Shown: one piece after another, positions 52,851 to 63,900 of the stretch
How the letters are laid out: the number at the start of each line of letters is the position of its first letter
How positions within the stretch are numbered: position 1 is the first letter of the stretch
DNA from: Candidatus Heimdallarchaeum aukensis
Lineage (GTDB): Archaea; Asgardarchaeota; Heimdallarchaeia; Heimdallarchaeales; Heimdallarchaeaceae
DNA: 64,000 bases
NCBI GenBank assembly: GCA_021513695.1
Contig: CP084166.1
Location: 896,001-960,000, forward strand
Direction: 5' to 3'
Position numbers and translations under genes: made by a program
Notes under the pieces: model-generated
Database searches by the model: none
The model's input: the letters and a program-made list of their open reading frames with translations, nothing else
What the model was told of the DNA's origin: nothing

Positions 52851-54863
52851 TTGATACAAGCAGTTAAACAATTAGGAAAAAAAATACGAGAGATTTATCC
52901 TGAAAAATATGCAGATTTTGTCGATGTCTTTATTGCAGATGTAAAAACAGATTTATTTTTGATAGAATTAGAGAAAAAAGAAAACGATTTTCAATATAAT
53001 AAAATTGTTTGGATGGAACCAAAACCTGAGATAATTCCTAAATTACTTTATAAAGACTTTGGGAGAAATATCAAAATTAGACCTGCGCCTGTAGCTAAAG
53101 TAGGTTATTTCCAGACCAAATCAAAAGATGGTAAAATTTCAGAAAAAGAGCTCGAGAATCACAAGAAGAAAATAAAAAGCGAACTAGACGCTTCCATAAT
53201 TAAATGGTTTTCTCAAGAAATTGATAGAAGAAAAGAAGGTAGTGAAAAAAGAATTTTCTTGGAAAATATAAAAAAAGGAATACTCAATTCATTAGATAAT
53301 ATAATTACAGATATTAAAGAACAGATGGATTTTTCAGGTCAAAATAAGAAAAAAAATGAAAAGTGTATAATAACACTACAATTTTTGGAAGGTGGTAAAG
53401 AATATTACCTTCGTGACTTTGATATTTTTTCTAAAGCTTTTTTAGATAAAAACTTGGAACGTTACGCAAATAAATGGGGAATAACTTCTAAAGGAGAAGA
53501 TGCTGTTTGTTCATTATGTCATGAGAAAAAAGAAGAAGTCTTTGGTTGTGCCTCAGACATTTTTAGCTGGTACACTCTTGATAAAAGAGGATTTGCACCA
53601 TTCTTTGATCAGACTTTAGGATGGAAACTATTTCCTGTCTGTAAAGAATGTATTATTGATCTAGAGATAGGCAAAAAATTTGTTTTAAACAATCTACGTC
53701 TTAAGTTTAATGATTTTACTAACTTTTTCTTAATTCCAAAGCTTCTAAATCCTAAAATTATCGATAAGGGTATTTTGAGAAGATTTGAGCTTTTCAAGAG
53801 TATTTCAGTTGAAAATAATGAACTATTGGAAAAATATAGGAAAAAAGAAGAGATACTTAAGAGAGCTACAAAAAGCACAATTGAAATGATCGGAGAACAA
53901 GAAAAAGATAACAATTTTACGCAGAATATGATTTTCCTGAATTTAATTTTCTTTGATGATGATGGAAAATCTATAAAGATTCTACGTAGTATTGAAGATG
54001 TTCTTCCTTCCAGGTTTGTTCAGATAACTGATGAGCTATATAAAATAAATAAGGATGAAACTTTGGACAGCTATAAAATTTATTTGCAATTAGTTTTAAA
54101 CATCTTATATCTGGAAAAAGAAAGTAAACGCGGTTCTACAATTGATAAAAAGTATTTATCTACAATCGATTCTCTTCTTAAAGATGTACCTTTAGATTAT
54201 GATGTTCTTATAAAGGATATCGCTTCAAGTTGTCAAGAGATAGTAAAGGAAAGTTATCTTTCTGATAACAATCTAAAAAAAATAGCTAAAAAAATTACAA
54301 ATATTGACAAAGGTAATAATGACGTAGAATTTGGCAACTCTTATGAGTTAATAATTAATGCTTATTTAAAATATTTAGTTTTATTAAAAAGATTAAATCT
54401 AATCCAAAAATGGAGGGTATCAAAAATGATTGATAAAACAGGACTTGAAGAAGAAATATCAGATAATAAGAGTCGACTAAGCATCTTAAATTCAATATTT
54501 AATGCTTATTCTGACTTTTTTGATCAACCCATTATTCGTGCTGTCTTTGTATTAGGCATTTTGACTAAGCTATTGATGAATATTCAGTATCGCAATCTCA
54601 ATGCTACGCCTTTTTTCAACAGGTTAAATGGGTTAAAATTGAATAAAAGAATAATAATCAAACTTGTTTCCGAAGTAAAAGGAAAACTAAGTGAATACTC
54701 TATAGCTTATGTTGATTTAGAAGAAGAGATGGCTAAATACTTCTTAGAAGCTGGTCACAATTGGCTGGTTTCTGATGACGAACTTAGTTTCTTCTTCGCT
54801 TTGGGAATGAATAACGCGAGTAAATTTAAATCAGAAACAAAAGAAGGTGAAGAAAATGAGTGA
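52851..54863 (+). CDS. cas8b: Cas8b (Csh1/Cst1 large subunit), type I-B
   Basis: 670-aa protein between cas6 and cas7, with Cys-containing region CSLCHEKKEEVFGC...CKEC; its position and size define the I-B large subunit. Confidence 0.75.
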   Translation: MIQAVKQLGKKIREIYPEKYADFVDVFIADVKTDLFLIELEKKENDFQYNKIVWMEPKPEIIPKLLYKDFGRNIKIRPAPVAKVGYFQTKSKDGKISEKELENHKKKIKSELDASIIKWFSQEIDRRKEGSEKRIFLENIKKGILNSLDNIITDIKEQMDFSGQNKKKNEKCIITLQFLEGGKEYYLRDFDIFSKAFLDKNLERYANKWGITSKGEDAVCSLCHEKKEEVFGCASDIFSWYTLDKRGFAPFFDQTLGWKLFPVCKECIIDLEIGKKFVLNNLRLKFNDFTNFFLIPKLLNPKIIDKGILRRFELFKSISVENNELLEKYRKKEEILKRATKSTIEMIGEQEKDNNFTQNMIFLNLIFFDDDGKSIKILRSIEDVLPSRFVQITDELYKINKDETLDSYKIYLQLVLNILYLEKESKRGSTIDKKYLSTIDSLLKDVPLDYDVLIKDIASSCQEIVKESYLSDNNLKKIAKKITNIDKGNNDVEFGNSYELIINAYLKYLVLLKRLNLIQKWRVSKMIDKTGLEEEISDNKSRLSILNSIFNAYSDFFDQPIIRAVFVLGILTKLLMNIQYRNLNATPFFNRLNGLKLNKRIIIKLVSEVKGKLSEYSIAYVDLEEEMAKYFLEAGHNWLVSDDELSFFFALGMNNASKFKSETKEGEENE

Positions 54864-55785
54864 AATAATAAAAAATAGGTCTGAAATAGTTTTTTTGTAT
54901 GATGTTAGAGACGGTAATCCAAATGGTGACCCTGCTGATGGGAACAAGCCTAGGATTGATGAAACCAGTGGTATCAACATAGTAACTGATGTTCGACTAA
55001 AGAGAACAATAAGAGACTATATAAACAAGGTTAAAGGCCATGAAATTTTTGTTAAAAAGATAGAAGACTTAGAAGGGATAATCCAAACTTCTAAACAACG
55101 AGCACAAGATTTTCAGAATGATCCAGATAAGATTCTTTCTGAATGCGTGGATGTCAGGATGTTTGGGGGAACTATACCAATAAAAATTTCTGATAAGAAA
55201 GATGGTAGCATTACTTTTACTGGTCCCGTTCAATTCTCTATGGGGAGATCTCTTCACAGAGTCGAGTTAAAACATGTTAAAGGAACAGGAGCTTTTGCTT
55301 CTTCAGAAGGAAAGAAACAACAGACTTTTCGAGAAGAGTGGATACTACCTTATTCACTAATAAGCTTTTATGGTGTAATAAATGAGAATGGTGCAGAAGA
55401 TACACAGTTAACCGAAGAGGATGTTAAGCTTCTTGTAGAAAGTATCTGGAATGGGACTAATGATTTGTTAACAAGAAGTAAGATGGTTCATAGATCTAGA
55501 GTTCTTTTACAAATTATTTACCAAGAGAAAAACTTCCATGTCGGAGAGCTTGACAAAAAGATTAAGATGAAGGCTAAAGTTGAAGATGAAAAAATTAGAG
55601 GTACGGATGACTACACTCTTGAATTTGATAATTTTGTAGAAGCGATCAAAAATAACAAAGAAAAAGTAAAAATTATTCGTTACAAAGTAGATGACAGTAT
55701 TAATCTTGAATTTAATGGTGACAAAAAGACTATAGAAGAGATTCTAAAACTTACAGAATGTGAATTGGAAGAGCTGAAATTTTAA
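54847..55785 (+). CDS. cas7: Cas7 (Csh2/DevR-type backbone subunit), type I-B
   Basis: N-terminal FLYDVRDGNPNGDPADGN signature of Cas7 family proteins. Confidence 0.9.
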   Translation: MKKMSEIIKNRSEIVFLYDVRDGNPNGDPADGNKPRIDETSGINIVTDVRLKRTIRDYINKVKGHEIFVKKIEDLEGIIQTSKQRAQDFQNDPDKILSECVDVRMFGGTIPIKISDKKDGSITFTGPVQFSMGRSLHRVELKHVKGTGAFASSEGKKQQTFREEWILPYSLISFYGVINENGAEDTQLTEEDVKLLVESIWNGTNDLLTRSKMVHRSRVLLQIIYQEKNFHVGELDKKIKMKAKVEDEKIRGTDDYTLEFDNFVEAIKNNKEKVKIIRYKVDDSINLEFNGDKKTIEEILKLTECELEELKF

Positions 55786-55791
55786 TAATAG

Positions 55792-56553
55792 GTGAGACTA
55801 ATGCTAAAACAGGAAGCTGAAGTAAGAGAAGTTTTAGTTTTCGATATTTGGGGTGATTTTGCTCATTTTAAGAAAAACTATGCTACAACTTCAGCTCTTA
55901 CATACAATTTTCCTCCTCGAAATACTATTGCAGGAATAATTGGAGCAATTTTAGGTTTAAAGAGGGCAGATTTTCCTGAAAAATTGTCTCCTGAAAAGAG
56001 TTACATTGGTGTTTCAATACTCTCTCCAATAATGAAAAAAACTATTACAATGAATCTTATTCACACTAAACCTTCTGAATCACTTATATTCAAAAATAAT
56101 TTTGGTTATTTCAAAAAGCACACACAGATTCCTTTTCAATTTTTATCTAATATCTCATTTAGGGTGTATTTTTCAACTGACGATGAGGAAATGTTTTCAC
56201 AACTATATACATATCTTAAAAACCATAAGTCTCATTATACAGTTTCGTTAGGTTTGAGCAATCTACTTTGTAACTTTAAGTTAATAGGAAAAAAAACAAT
56301 AAGAAAAAAAGAAGTAGCTAACAAAGAAGTAGAGGTTTTAACAGTAATTCCGATGAACAAAGTCAAAGAAGTAAATGTGTTTAAAAATCCTAAAATGAAT
56401 ATCGAGAATTTACCCAGATTTATCGATAGTTCAAGAACAGTTCATGAATACCAGGAAGTTCTATCAAGCATGGATCCAGAAAAACCTCTTTTTGTAGTCC
56501 CTAGAGATACCTTATGGGAGATTGAAAATGACAAATTCATCAGTTTCCTCTGA
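55792..56553 (+). CDS. cas5: Cas5 (type I-B)
   Basis: 253 aa; N-terminal VLVFDIWGDFAHFKK...PPRNTIAGIIGAILG typical of Cas5. Confidence 0.85.
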   Translation: MRLMLKQEAEVREVLVFDIWGDFAHFKKNYATTSALTYNFPPRNTIAGIIGAILGLKRADFPEKLSPEKSYIGVSILSPIMKKTITMNLIHTKPSESLIFKNNFGYFKKHTQIPFQFLSNISFRVYFSTDDEEMFSQLYTYLKNHKSHYTVSLGLSNLLCNFKLIGKKTIRKKEVANKEVEVLTVIPMNKVKEVNVFKNPKMNIENLPRFIDSSRTVHEYQEVLSSMDPEKPLFVVPRDTLWEIENDKFISFL

Positions 56554-58990
56554 AAATCAGATAAACATTTTTTCTCACCCTAATAAAAATATTTTAGAAC
56601 ATTTAAGTGAGACAGAAAGAGAAATTCTAAATATCCTTGAAAAACTACAGCCCAATTTTTCAATCAAAAAAAACATTATTATCGAAATCGCTAGAATTTT
56701 AGCTTTAACACATGATATTGGAAAATGCACAATCTTTTTTCAAGAATATCTTCATTCAAACGAAGAAAATAACTTCAAAAAATTGGGAGAATATCAAAGT
56801 TCAAAACTTCACCACCATGGACTAATCTCTGCAGTTTTTACCTATTATACACTAAAGAAACTTTTAAATTCAAATAATGAGCAGTTCTATGACCTGAATA
56901 GTGGATATAAAGACCTATTACCTCATATAGGCTTTTTAACAACAAAAAAACATCATGGTAATTTAGGAAATTTTTATGATGAGATTATTATAAACAGAAC
57001 AAGTGAAGAAAAGATTAGACAGCAACTAGAAAATTTCCATCCCCAATTCGAAAATGTTGTCGAATTCATAAGAAATAAAATTAATATAACAATTTCATTT
57101 AATGAATTTTCAGAATCCTTTGGAGATTTAATTGATGAATTAGCTTTCAGTGATGAACTATTATTGAACTATTATGAAAATAGTAGAGATTGTGAACTTT
57201 ATCTATTTACTTTATTTTTACATTCAATCTTAACAGATGCAGATAAAACTTCTGCTATTGGTGTCTCTAAGCCTATTCTTCCATTTATTTCTTCTAACAA
57301 AATTATCAAAAACAGGAAAAAAATAATCCAGAAAAAAGGAAAAAAGACATATTTAGATAACTTAAGAGAGAATATTTACAAAGAAGTAATTGCAAAGATA
57401 GAAAAAACACCTTTAGATAACAAAATATTTACATTAACAGCTCCTACAGGTTCAGGAAAAACTCTCACAGTTTTTGAAGCAGCATTTAGATTGAAAGATA
57501 AAATTTTAAGGAGAACTAATATAGAAATGAAAATTATTTATTGCCTTCCATTTCTCAGCATCATTGATCAAAATGCTCACATTATTAACCAACTGCTAGA
57601 TCCTGACTCAGTTAAGTTTCTTCCTTCAACTCAACTACTAATTCATCATTACTTGGCAGAAGTTCAATACAGCTCTTATGAAGAAGATTATACCTTTGAT
57701 GAAAGTAGATTCCTAATTGAGGATTGGCATTCTTCAGTTATTATTACAACCTTTATTCAGCTTTTTCATAGTATTTTTACCAATAGAAATAGCAAGATAA
57801 GGAAACATCACAATATACAAAATTCTATCATAATACTTGATGAAGTTCAAAACATTCCTCATAAGTATTGGTTATTGATCAGGGAAGTTTTTCAAAGATT
57901 ATCAGAGATCGAGAATGTTTATATCATTTTTACAACAGCCACACAGCCTAAAATTTTTAGTTCAGAAGAGAAAGTTGTTGAATTACTTGAAAATAAGGAA
58001 AAATACTTTGAACAGTTAAGTAGAATTACTTTAGAACCAAAAATTGATAACAATATCACACTCAACGAGTTTATTTTAGAAATTAATGAGAAACTGCAAA
58101 AGAACAGTGACAAGGATATTCTAATTGTTGCGAATACAATCCGAGAAGCTCAAGAGATTTTTGACAGTATTAATTTTAAAAAAGATCATGATAAGTTATT
58201 TTTCCTTTCAAGTCAAATAATCCCTAGAAAGAGGAAAGAAAGAATTGAAGAAATAAAGAGAAAATTAGAAAAAGAAAAAGATAAAAGAGAGAGTAATGAA
58301 AAACGAATTATTTTAGTAACTACCCAATTAATTGAAGCAGGAGTAGATATCGATTTTGATATTGTAATAAGAGATTTAGGACCAATAGATTCTATAAATC
58401 AAGTAGCAGGAAGATGTAACAGAAACGGAGAAGAAGAAAAGGGAAAAACAATTGTTTATTCAGTCATTGACCAAAAAACAAAAAGATTATTTGCTTCATA
58501 CATTTATGACGGATTTATTTTAAGTAAAACGAAGGATGTTCTAAAAAACAAAAGAGTGATAGAAGAACAAGAATTCCTCAAAATCATTGACGATTATTAT
58601 TTAAGCATCGAAAAGACAGGGGACACAATAACCTCCACTAATATACTAGACTCTATCTTTAATTTAGAGTTTGATGAAATAGGTAAATTTAGCCTGATAG
58701 AAGAAAGAGCTGATCAAGTTCCTGTTTTTATTGAGATAGATAAAAAGGCAAAGGAAATTTGGGCAGAATATTTGGAAATATGGAATATTAAAGATTGGAA
58801 GAAAAGAAATGAGAAATTTATAAAAATCAAAAATGATCTCTATAGTAACTTAATTAACGTAGACAAGAAAAAAATCAAAACAATTGAGCAAATAAAGGGT
58901 TATTATTATATCGATTTTCAAAATGCTAGGAACTACTACGACAATGAAAAAGGTTTCATTGGGAAAGAAAAAGATGTTATTTTATTATAA
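56522..58990 (+). CDS. cas3: Cas3 (HD nuclease + DEAD/DEAH-box helicase fusion)
   Basis: HD-domain motifs LTHDIGK and HHHG; helicase motif I LTAPTGSGKT and motif II IILDEVQ; 822 aa. Confidence 0.9.
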   Translation: MKMTNSSVSSENQINIFSHPNKNILEHLSETEREILNILEKLQPNFSIKKNIIIEIARILALTHDIGKCTIFFQEYLHSNEENNFKKLGEYQSSKLHHHGLISAVFTYYTLKKLLNSNNEQFYDLNSGYKDLLPHIGFLTTKKHHGNLGNFYDEIIINRTSEEKIRQQLENFHPQFENVVEFIRNKINITISFNEFSESFGDLIDELAFSDELLLNYYENSRDCELYLFTLFLHSILTDADKTSAIGVSKPILPFISSNKIIKNRKKIIQKKGKKTYLDNLRENIYKEVIAKIEKTPLDNKIFTLTAPTGSGKTLTVFEAAFRLKDKILRRTNIEMKIIYCLPFLSIIDQNAHIINQLLDPDSVKFLPSTQLLIHHYLAEVQYSSYEEDYTFDESRFLIEDWHSSVIITTFIQLFHSIFTNRNSKIRKHHNIQNSIIILDEVQNIPHKYWLLIREVFQRLSEIENVYIIFTTATQPKIFSSEEKVVELLENKEKYFEQLSRITLEPKIDNNITLNEFILEINEKLQKNSDKDILIVANTIREAQEIFDSINFKKDHDKLFFLSSQIIPRKRKERIEEIKRKLEKEKDKRESNEKRIILVTTQLIEAGVDIDFDIVIRDLGPIDSINQVAGRCNRNGEEEKGKTIVYSVIDQKTKRLFASYIYDGFILSKTKDVLKNKRVIEEQEFLKIIDDYYLSIEKTGDTITSTNILDSIFNLEFDEIGKFSLIEERADQVPVFIEIDKKAKEIWAEYLEIWNIKDWKKRNEKFIKIKNDLYSNLINVDKKKIKTIEQIKGYYYIDFQNARNYYDNEKGFIGKEKDVILL

Positions 58991-59002
58991 CGAAATGATG
59001 GA

Positions 59003-59031
59003 GTTCAAGCTAAACTAAGTAGTATGAAAAT
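59003..59031 (+). repeat. Orphan degenerate CRISPR repeat (26/29 identity to the array repeat) between cas3 and cas4
   Basis: GTTCAAGCTAAACTAAGTAGTATGAAAAT compared with GTTTAAGCTGAACTAAGTAGTGTGAAAAT; same orientation as array 2. Confidence 0.6.
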
Positions 59032-59073
59032 TAGAGGTAGAAGTAATGGTATTAAATTCTTGGTGAAATTGTA

Positions 59074-59604
59074 ATGGTGGAGTTAAATCATATTAGCATT
59101 AAGAATACTGATTTTGCAGTAACTGGAGTAATGGTTCAATATTTATTTTCATGTAAAAGAGAATTGTGGTTTTTTACCAAAAAAATTGATTTCAACAAAG
59201 AGGATCAGAACATTCAAATTGGCAAAATAATACATGAAACAAGCTATAAACGAAATAAAAAAGAGTTTGACTTAGGTTTTGTAAAATTTGACTTAATTGA
59301 AACAAAAAACAGGATAATAATTTCTGAAATAAAAAAATCTTCAAAACTTTTGGAACCTGCAAAAATGCAACTTTTGTATTATGTTTACATTTTAAGTAAA
59401 ATAACTGAAAAAGAAGTAGAAGGAGAAATTAGAATTCCAAAAGAGAGAAAAAAAGTAAAGATTCAATTGCAAAACGAAGAAGAAAAATTAATTCAAAAAG
59501 CTTTGAGAGAGATTAAAGAAATTTCCTTACTGGAAAGACCTCCCAAAGCAGAAAAAAAATTTTATTGTAAGAATTGCGCTTATTACATTTTTTGCTGGGT
59601 TTGA
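59074..59604 (+). CDS. cas4: Cas4 (RecB-like nuclease with C-terminal Fe-S cysteine cluster)
   Basis: 176 aa; N-terminal Cys (FSCKREL) plus C-terminal CKNCAYYIFC; position between cas3 and cas1. Confidence 0.85.
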   Translation: MVELNHISIKNTDFAVTGVMVQYLFSCKRELWFFTKKIDFNKEDQNIQIGKIIHETSYKRNKKEFDLGFVKFDLIETKNRIIISEIKKSSKLLEPAKMQLLYYVYILSKITEKEVEGEIRIPKERKKVKIQLQNEEEKLIQKALREIKEISLLERPPKAEKKFYCKNCAYYIFCWV

Positions 59605-60591
59605 GTGAAAAAAATGAAAGATTCTATTTACATTACAAAGGAAGGAGTAATTTACAGAAAAGATAATACTATTGTTTTTCAAAATCAAGAACAAAAGCAT
59701 ACTTTACCTATCGAAGCAGTGAAAGATATATATTGTATTGGCAAAGTAACTATAAGATCTGGAGCAGCTTATCAACTAATGGAAAAAAGGATTCCTGTAC
59801 ATTTTTTCGGAAAATATGGACACTATAGAGGAACATTACAACCAAAACAAGATCTAATCTCTGGAGAAGTAATAGTAAAACAAGTTCAACATTATACTGA
59901 TTACATAAAAAGAATAAAAATTGCAAAAGAGATGTTTAAAGGAATAAAACACAACATTCTCTGGGTTCTAAAATATTACAAATCAAAAAGAGATATAGAA
60001 GATGTAGTTGAAAAAATTGAACATGTTAATATTCAAGAAGAAATATTAAAAATAAATACATTAAGAAGTTTAGAAGGTCAAATATGGGAACTTTTCTATC
60101 AAGCTGCTGATACAATTTGTCCTTCATGGGGTTTTAGAAAAAGGACTAGAAGGCCTCCTTTAGATGAAGGAAATGCACTAATATCTTATGGAAACTCAGT
60201 TCTATATGGAAAAACAATTTCTGAAATATTCAAAACTTATCTTCATCCTGCAATTTCGTTTATACACGAACCAAGTGAAAGAAGGTACTCTTTAGCCTTA
60301 GATCTAGCTGATATTTTCAAACCAGTAATAGTTTTTAGAACAGTCTTCAGGCTTATAAATCAGAAAATAATTTCAAAGAAAGATTTTGAAAAAGAAGTAG
60401 GAGTCCAAATTTCAGAAAAAGGAAAAAAAGTATTTATCACAGAATTAGAAAAAACATTCACAACTACAGTAAGACATCCAAATCTGAAAAGAAATACCTC
60501 ATACCAGTTTTTGATAAGACTTGAAGGACTAAAAATAATGAAACATGTTCTAGGAGATAAAAAATATGAAAGCTTTAAAGCATGGTGGTAG
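59605..60591 (+). CDS. cas1: Cas1 integrase
   Basis: 328 aa; start abuts the cas4 stop; length and position between cas4 and cas2 consistent with Cas1. Confidence 0.85.
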   Translation: MKKMKDSIYITKEGVIYRKDNTIVFQNQEQKHTLPIEAVKDIYCIGKVTIRSGAAYQLMEKRIPVHFFGKYGHYRGTLQPKQDLISGEVIVKQVQHYTDYIKRIKIAKEMFKGIKHNILWVLKYYKSKRDIEDVVEKIEHVNIQEEILKINTLRSLEGQIWELFYQAADTICPSWGFRKRTRRPPLDEGNALISYGNSVLYGKTISEIFKTYLHPAISFIHEPSERRYSLALDLADIFKPVIVFRTVFRLINQKIISKKDFEKEVGVQISEKGKKVFITELEKTFTTTVRHPNLKRNTSYQFLIRLEGLKIMKHVLGDKKYESFKAWW

Positions 60592-60857
60592 AGATATACG
60601 TGATAATCGTTTATGACGTGGGAGAAGAAAGAGTAAATAGAATACATAAATTCTTGAAAGCATATTTAACATGGACACAAAATTCAGTATTTGAAGGAAA
60701 AATAACAAAAGCAACATTAGCTCAAATAAAAACAGGAATAAAAAGCATAATAAAAAAAGAAGTCGATTCAATAAAAATATTCAAAATAAAAGGAGAACAA
60801 TGGATGAATATTGAAATAATGGGAGTAGAAAAAAATAAGTTTCAGAATATAATTTAG
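60582..60857 (+). CDS. cas2: Cas2
   Basis: 91 aa; N-terminal MVVEIYVIIVYDVGEERVNRIHKFL typical of Cas2; overlaps the cas1 stop. Confidence 0.8.
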   Translation: MVVEIYVIIVYDVGEERVNRIHKFLKAYLTWTQNSVFEGKITKATLAQIKTGIKSIIKKEVDSIKIFKIKGEQWMNIEIMGVEKNKFQNII

Positions 60858-60971
60858 GTAAATCGTAAGAATCAGGTCGACATTTATAAAGATGATACAT
60901 TATTGGAGGTCGACCAGGAAGGTGAGTGACAAAAGGAAAGAAAAATATAACTAGAAAAGAAAATAAACTTC
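60858..60971 (+). promoter_or_regulatory. Leader of CRISPR array 2 with ATTTATAAAG TATA-like box and two GGTCGAC elements
   Basis: Sequence directly after cas2 is the reverse complement of the array 1 leader (about 90 percent identity over about 115 bp). Confidence 0.6.
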
Positions 60972-63900
60972 GTTTAAGCTGAACTAAGTAGTGTGAAAAT
61001 TTCTTTTGTTCTTTGGAGGAGGACAACCTTCAACGAGTTTAAGCTGAACTAAGTAGTGTGAAAATCAGTCTGGGTATATTTTATGCCCCTCAATATTTTG
61101 AGTTTAAGCTGAACTAAGTAGTGTGAAAATTGCTGGCTGGACTGGGCATAATTTCCAGAAATCTCTGTTTAAGCTGAACTAAGTAGTGTGAAAATAGTAA
61201 AATAGCTTTTATTTATTCCGTAGTAATATATGGTTTAAGCTGAACTAAGTAGTGTGAAAATCGCTATTGTAGTCGAGTTAGAAGATGGAGAGATTGAGTT
61301 TAAGCTGAACTAAGTAGTGTGAAAATAAATATATTGTGATGAATTGGATAAAAGAACTAAAAGTTTAAGCTGAACTAAGTAGTGTGAAAATAAACCAGAA
61401 GGAATGACTTTCATTCCTGCTACAGGTTTAAGCTGAACTAAGTAGTGTGAAAATTAATCAGAATAAAATGCTCATAATCATTGGTATAATAGTTTAAGCT
61501 GAACTAAGTAGTGTGAAAATGCAAAGCAATGAAAGGAGTGTTTTGTCTGGTGAGGTCGTTTAAGCTGAACTAAGTAGTGTGAAAATCAATCAGATTTGAG
61601 GGACAAAATAGTCCCGTTGGGACGTTTAAGCTGAACTAAGTAGTGTGAAAATACTGAAGAACAAGAAAAGAATATAAAAAGAACCAAGGTTTAAGCTGAA
61701 CTAAGTAGTGTGAAAATTAATATATCTATCGACTTGAACAAATTAGTTGAAGAGGGTTTAAGCTGAACTAAGTAGTGTGAAAATGGTAAATCCCCCAACA
61801 ATCCTGAAAGTGTTAAATTTGTTTAAGCTGAACTAAGTAGTGTGAAAATATTGTTCTTTTTTCAAATCATCTATTTTTTTTGCTCGTTTAAGCTGAACTA
61901 AGTAGTGTGAAAATTACAATTGACAGTAGTCACACACAAACCATTTAGGTGTTTAAGCTGAACTAAGTAGTGTGAAAATAAAATTCTTCGTGTGTCATAT
62001 AAAAGGCATCATCAGTTTAAGCTGAACTAAGTAGTGTGAAAATAGATCAGAGAGACTTGGGTAGAGTTAGTGAGATCTATGTTTAAGCTGAACTAAGTAG
62101 TGTGAAAATTACATATTTTTGAATAATTGAGACATGCATATGACGTTTAAGCTGAACTAAGTAGTGTGAAAATACAGCTCTCAACTGATAAGAGCGTTCT
62201 TTTTCATTGTTTAAGCTGAACTAAGTAGTGTGAAAATTTGTCAAAGTGTTTGTATAAGTGTCAATATAATCTGTTTAAGCTGAACTAAGTAGTGTGAAAA
62301 TATGTCTTTAGAGACTTGTTGAAGAGCAGGATTGTCAGGTTTAAGCTGAACTAAGTAGTGTGAAAATCAAGCATTTCTGCGATAACGACACCAGAACCAT
62401 TAAGTTTAAGCTGAACTAAGTAGTGTGAAAATTAAATGTGGTCGTGTATCGTTATATGGTGCTCTGAAATGTTTAAGCTGAACTAAGTAGTGTGAAAATA
62501 TATCTCCAGAGTGCCAAATTTCAACATTTGACACGTTTAAGCTGAACTAAGTAGTGTGAAAATCCAATTAATTAAGCCGCTGTTTCAAAAGGTGGTTCAG
62601 TTTAAGCTGAACTAAGTAGTGTGAAAATTTCGATGGATCCATAAAGGTAAATTAGGATCCCAAAAGTTTAAGCTGAACTAAGTAGTGTGAAAATAAAAAG
62701 CCAAGAGATGGATTGATGAACAAAAAAACCGTTTAAGCTGAACTAAGTAGTGTGAAAATCAGTCTGGATAGAGTTTGTGCCCATTAATATTCTGAATTGT
62801 TTAAGCTGAACTAAGTAGTGTGAAAATAGAGTAGGATTGTCAGATTGATCCATAAGGTATAGAAGTTTAAGCTGAACTAAGTAGTGTGAAAATGGTGACG
62901 CCACAAGCGAGGCATTCCCAAGCTCAATAGTTTAAGCTGAACTAAGTAGTGTGAAAATGGATTAAAAAATATGTCTCCTCTCGCTCGTTACGGGTTTAAG
63001 CTGAACTAAGTAGTGTGAAAATAATATCTTTAGATACCTGTTGAAGAGCGGAGTTGGTTTAAGCTGAACTAAGTAGTGTGAAAATCCAAAATTCTCGACT
63101 GCCTCTAAAGCAAATGAGAAAGTTTAAGCTGAACTAAGTAGTGTGAAAATTTTTTTTTCTGTCTGTTATTTCTTCTACTTCTTCTGTTTAAGCTGAACTA
63201 AGTAGTGTGAAAATTTATGATATGCGAACGTTTGCATGTTTGCGAATACAAGTTTAAGCTGAACTAAGTAGTGTGAAAATAGAAAACGTTTGGCTCGAAT
63301 GGATTGGTTTCTATGTCGTTTAAGCTGAACTAAGTAGTGTGAAAATTTGCTAAACCCGCCGCATAATCTTTTTTCTTTTATTTTGTTTAAGCTGAACTAA
63401 GTAGTGTGAAAATTAACCTGCAGAAATATCTTGTAAAATCTTGAATTCAACCTTGTTTAAGCTGAACTAAGTAGTGTGAAAATTAGTTTTGATTTGTAAA
63501 AGACGGATATCCACTTGTTGTGCTGTTTAAGCTGAACTAAGTAGTGTGAAAATATCAACACGTGGGTTTCTATCCAAATCTAATCCTCTGTTGTTTAAGC
63601 TGAACTAAGTAGTGTGAAAATAGCGATATAAAGAAGTTATCCTTTTCAGTATAATAAGGTTTAAGCTGAACTAAGTAGTGTGAAAATAAATTTCTAAAAA
63701 TATTGAAAGGTCAAAATCAAGATTGTTTAAGCTGAACTAAGTAGTGTGAAAATCTAACATGTGTAAGATTCATTGGGCCAATCCAAATTGTTTAAGCTGA
63801 ACTAAGTAGTGTGAAAATCTAAACACAATTTGCATGATGCCATGCTTGTTTTTTGTTTAAGCTGAACTAAGTAGTGTGAAAATGTTGGTTGTGTATAGTG

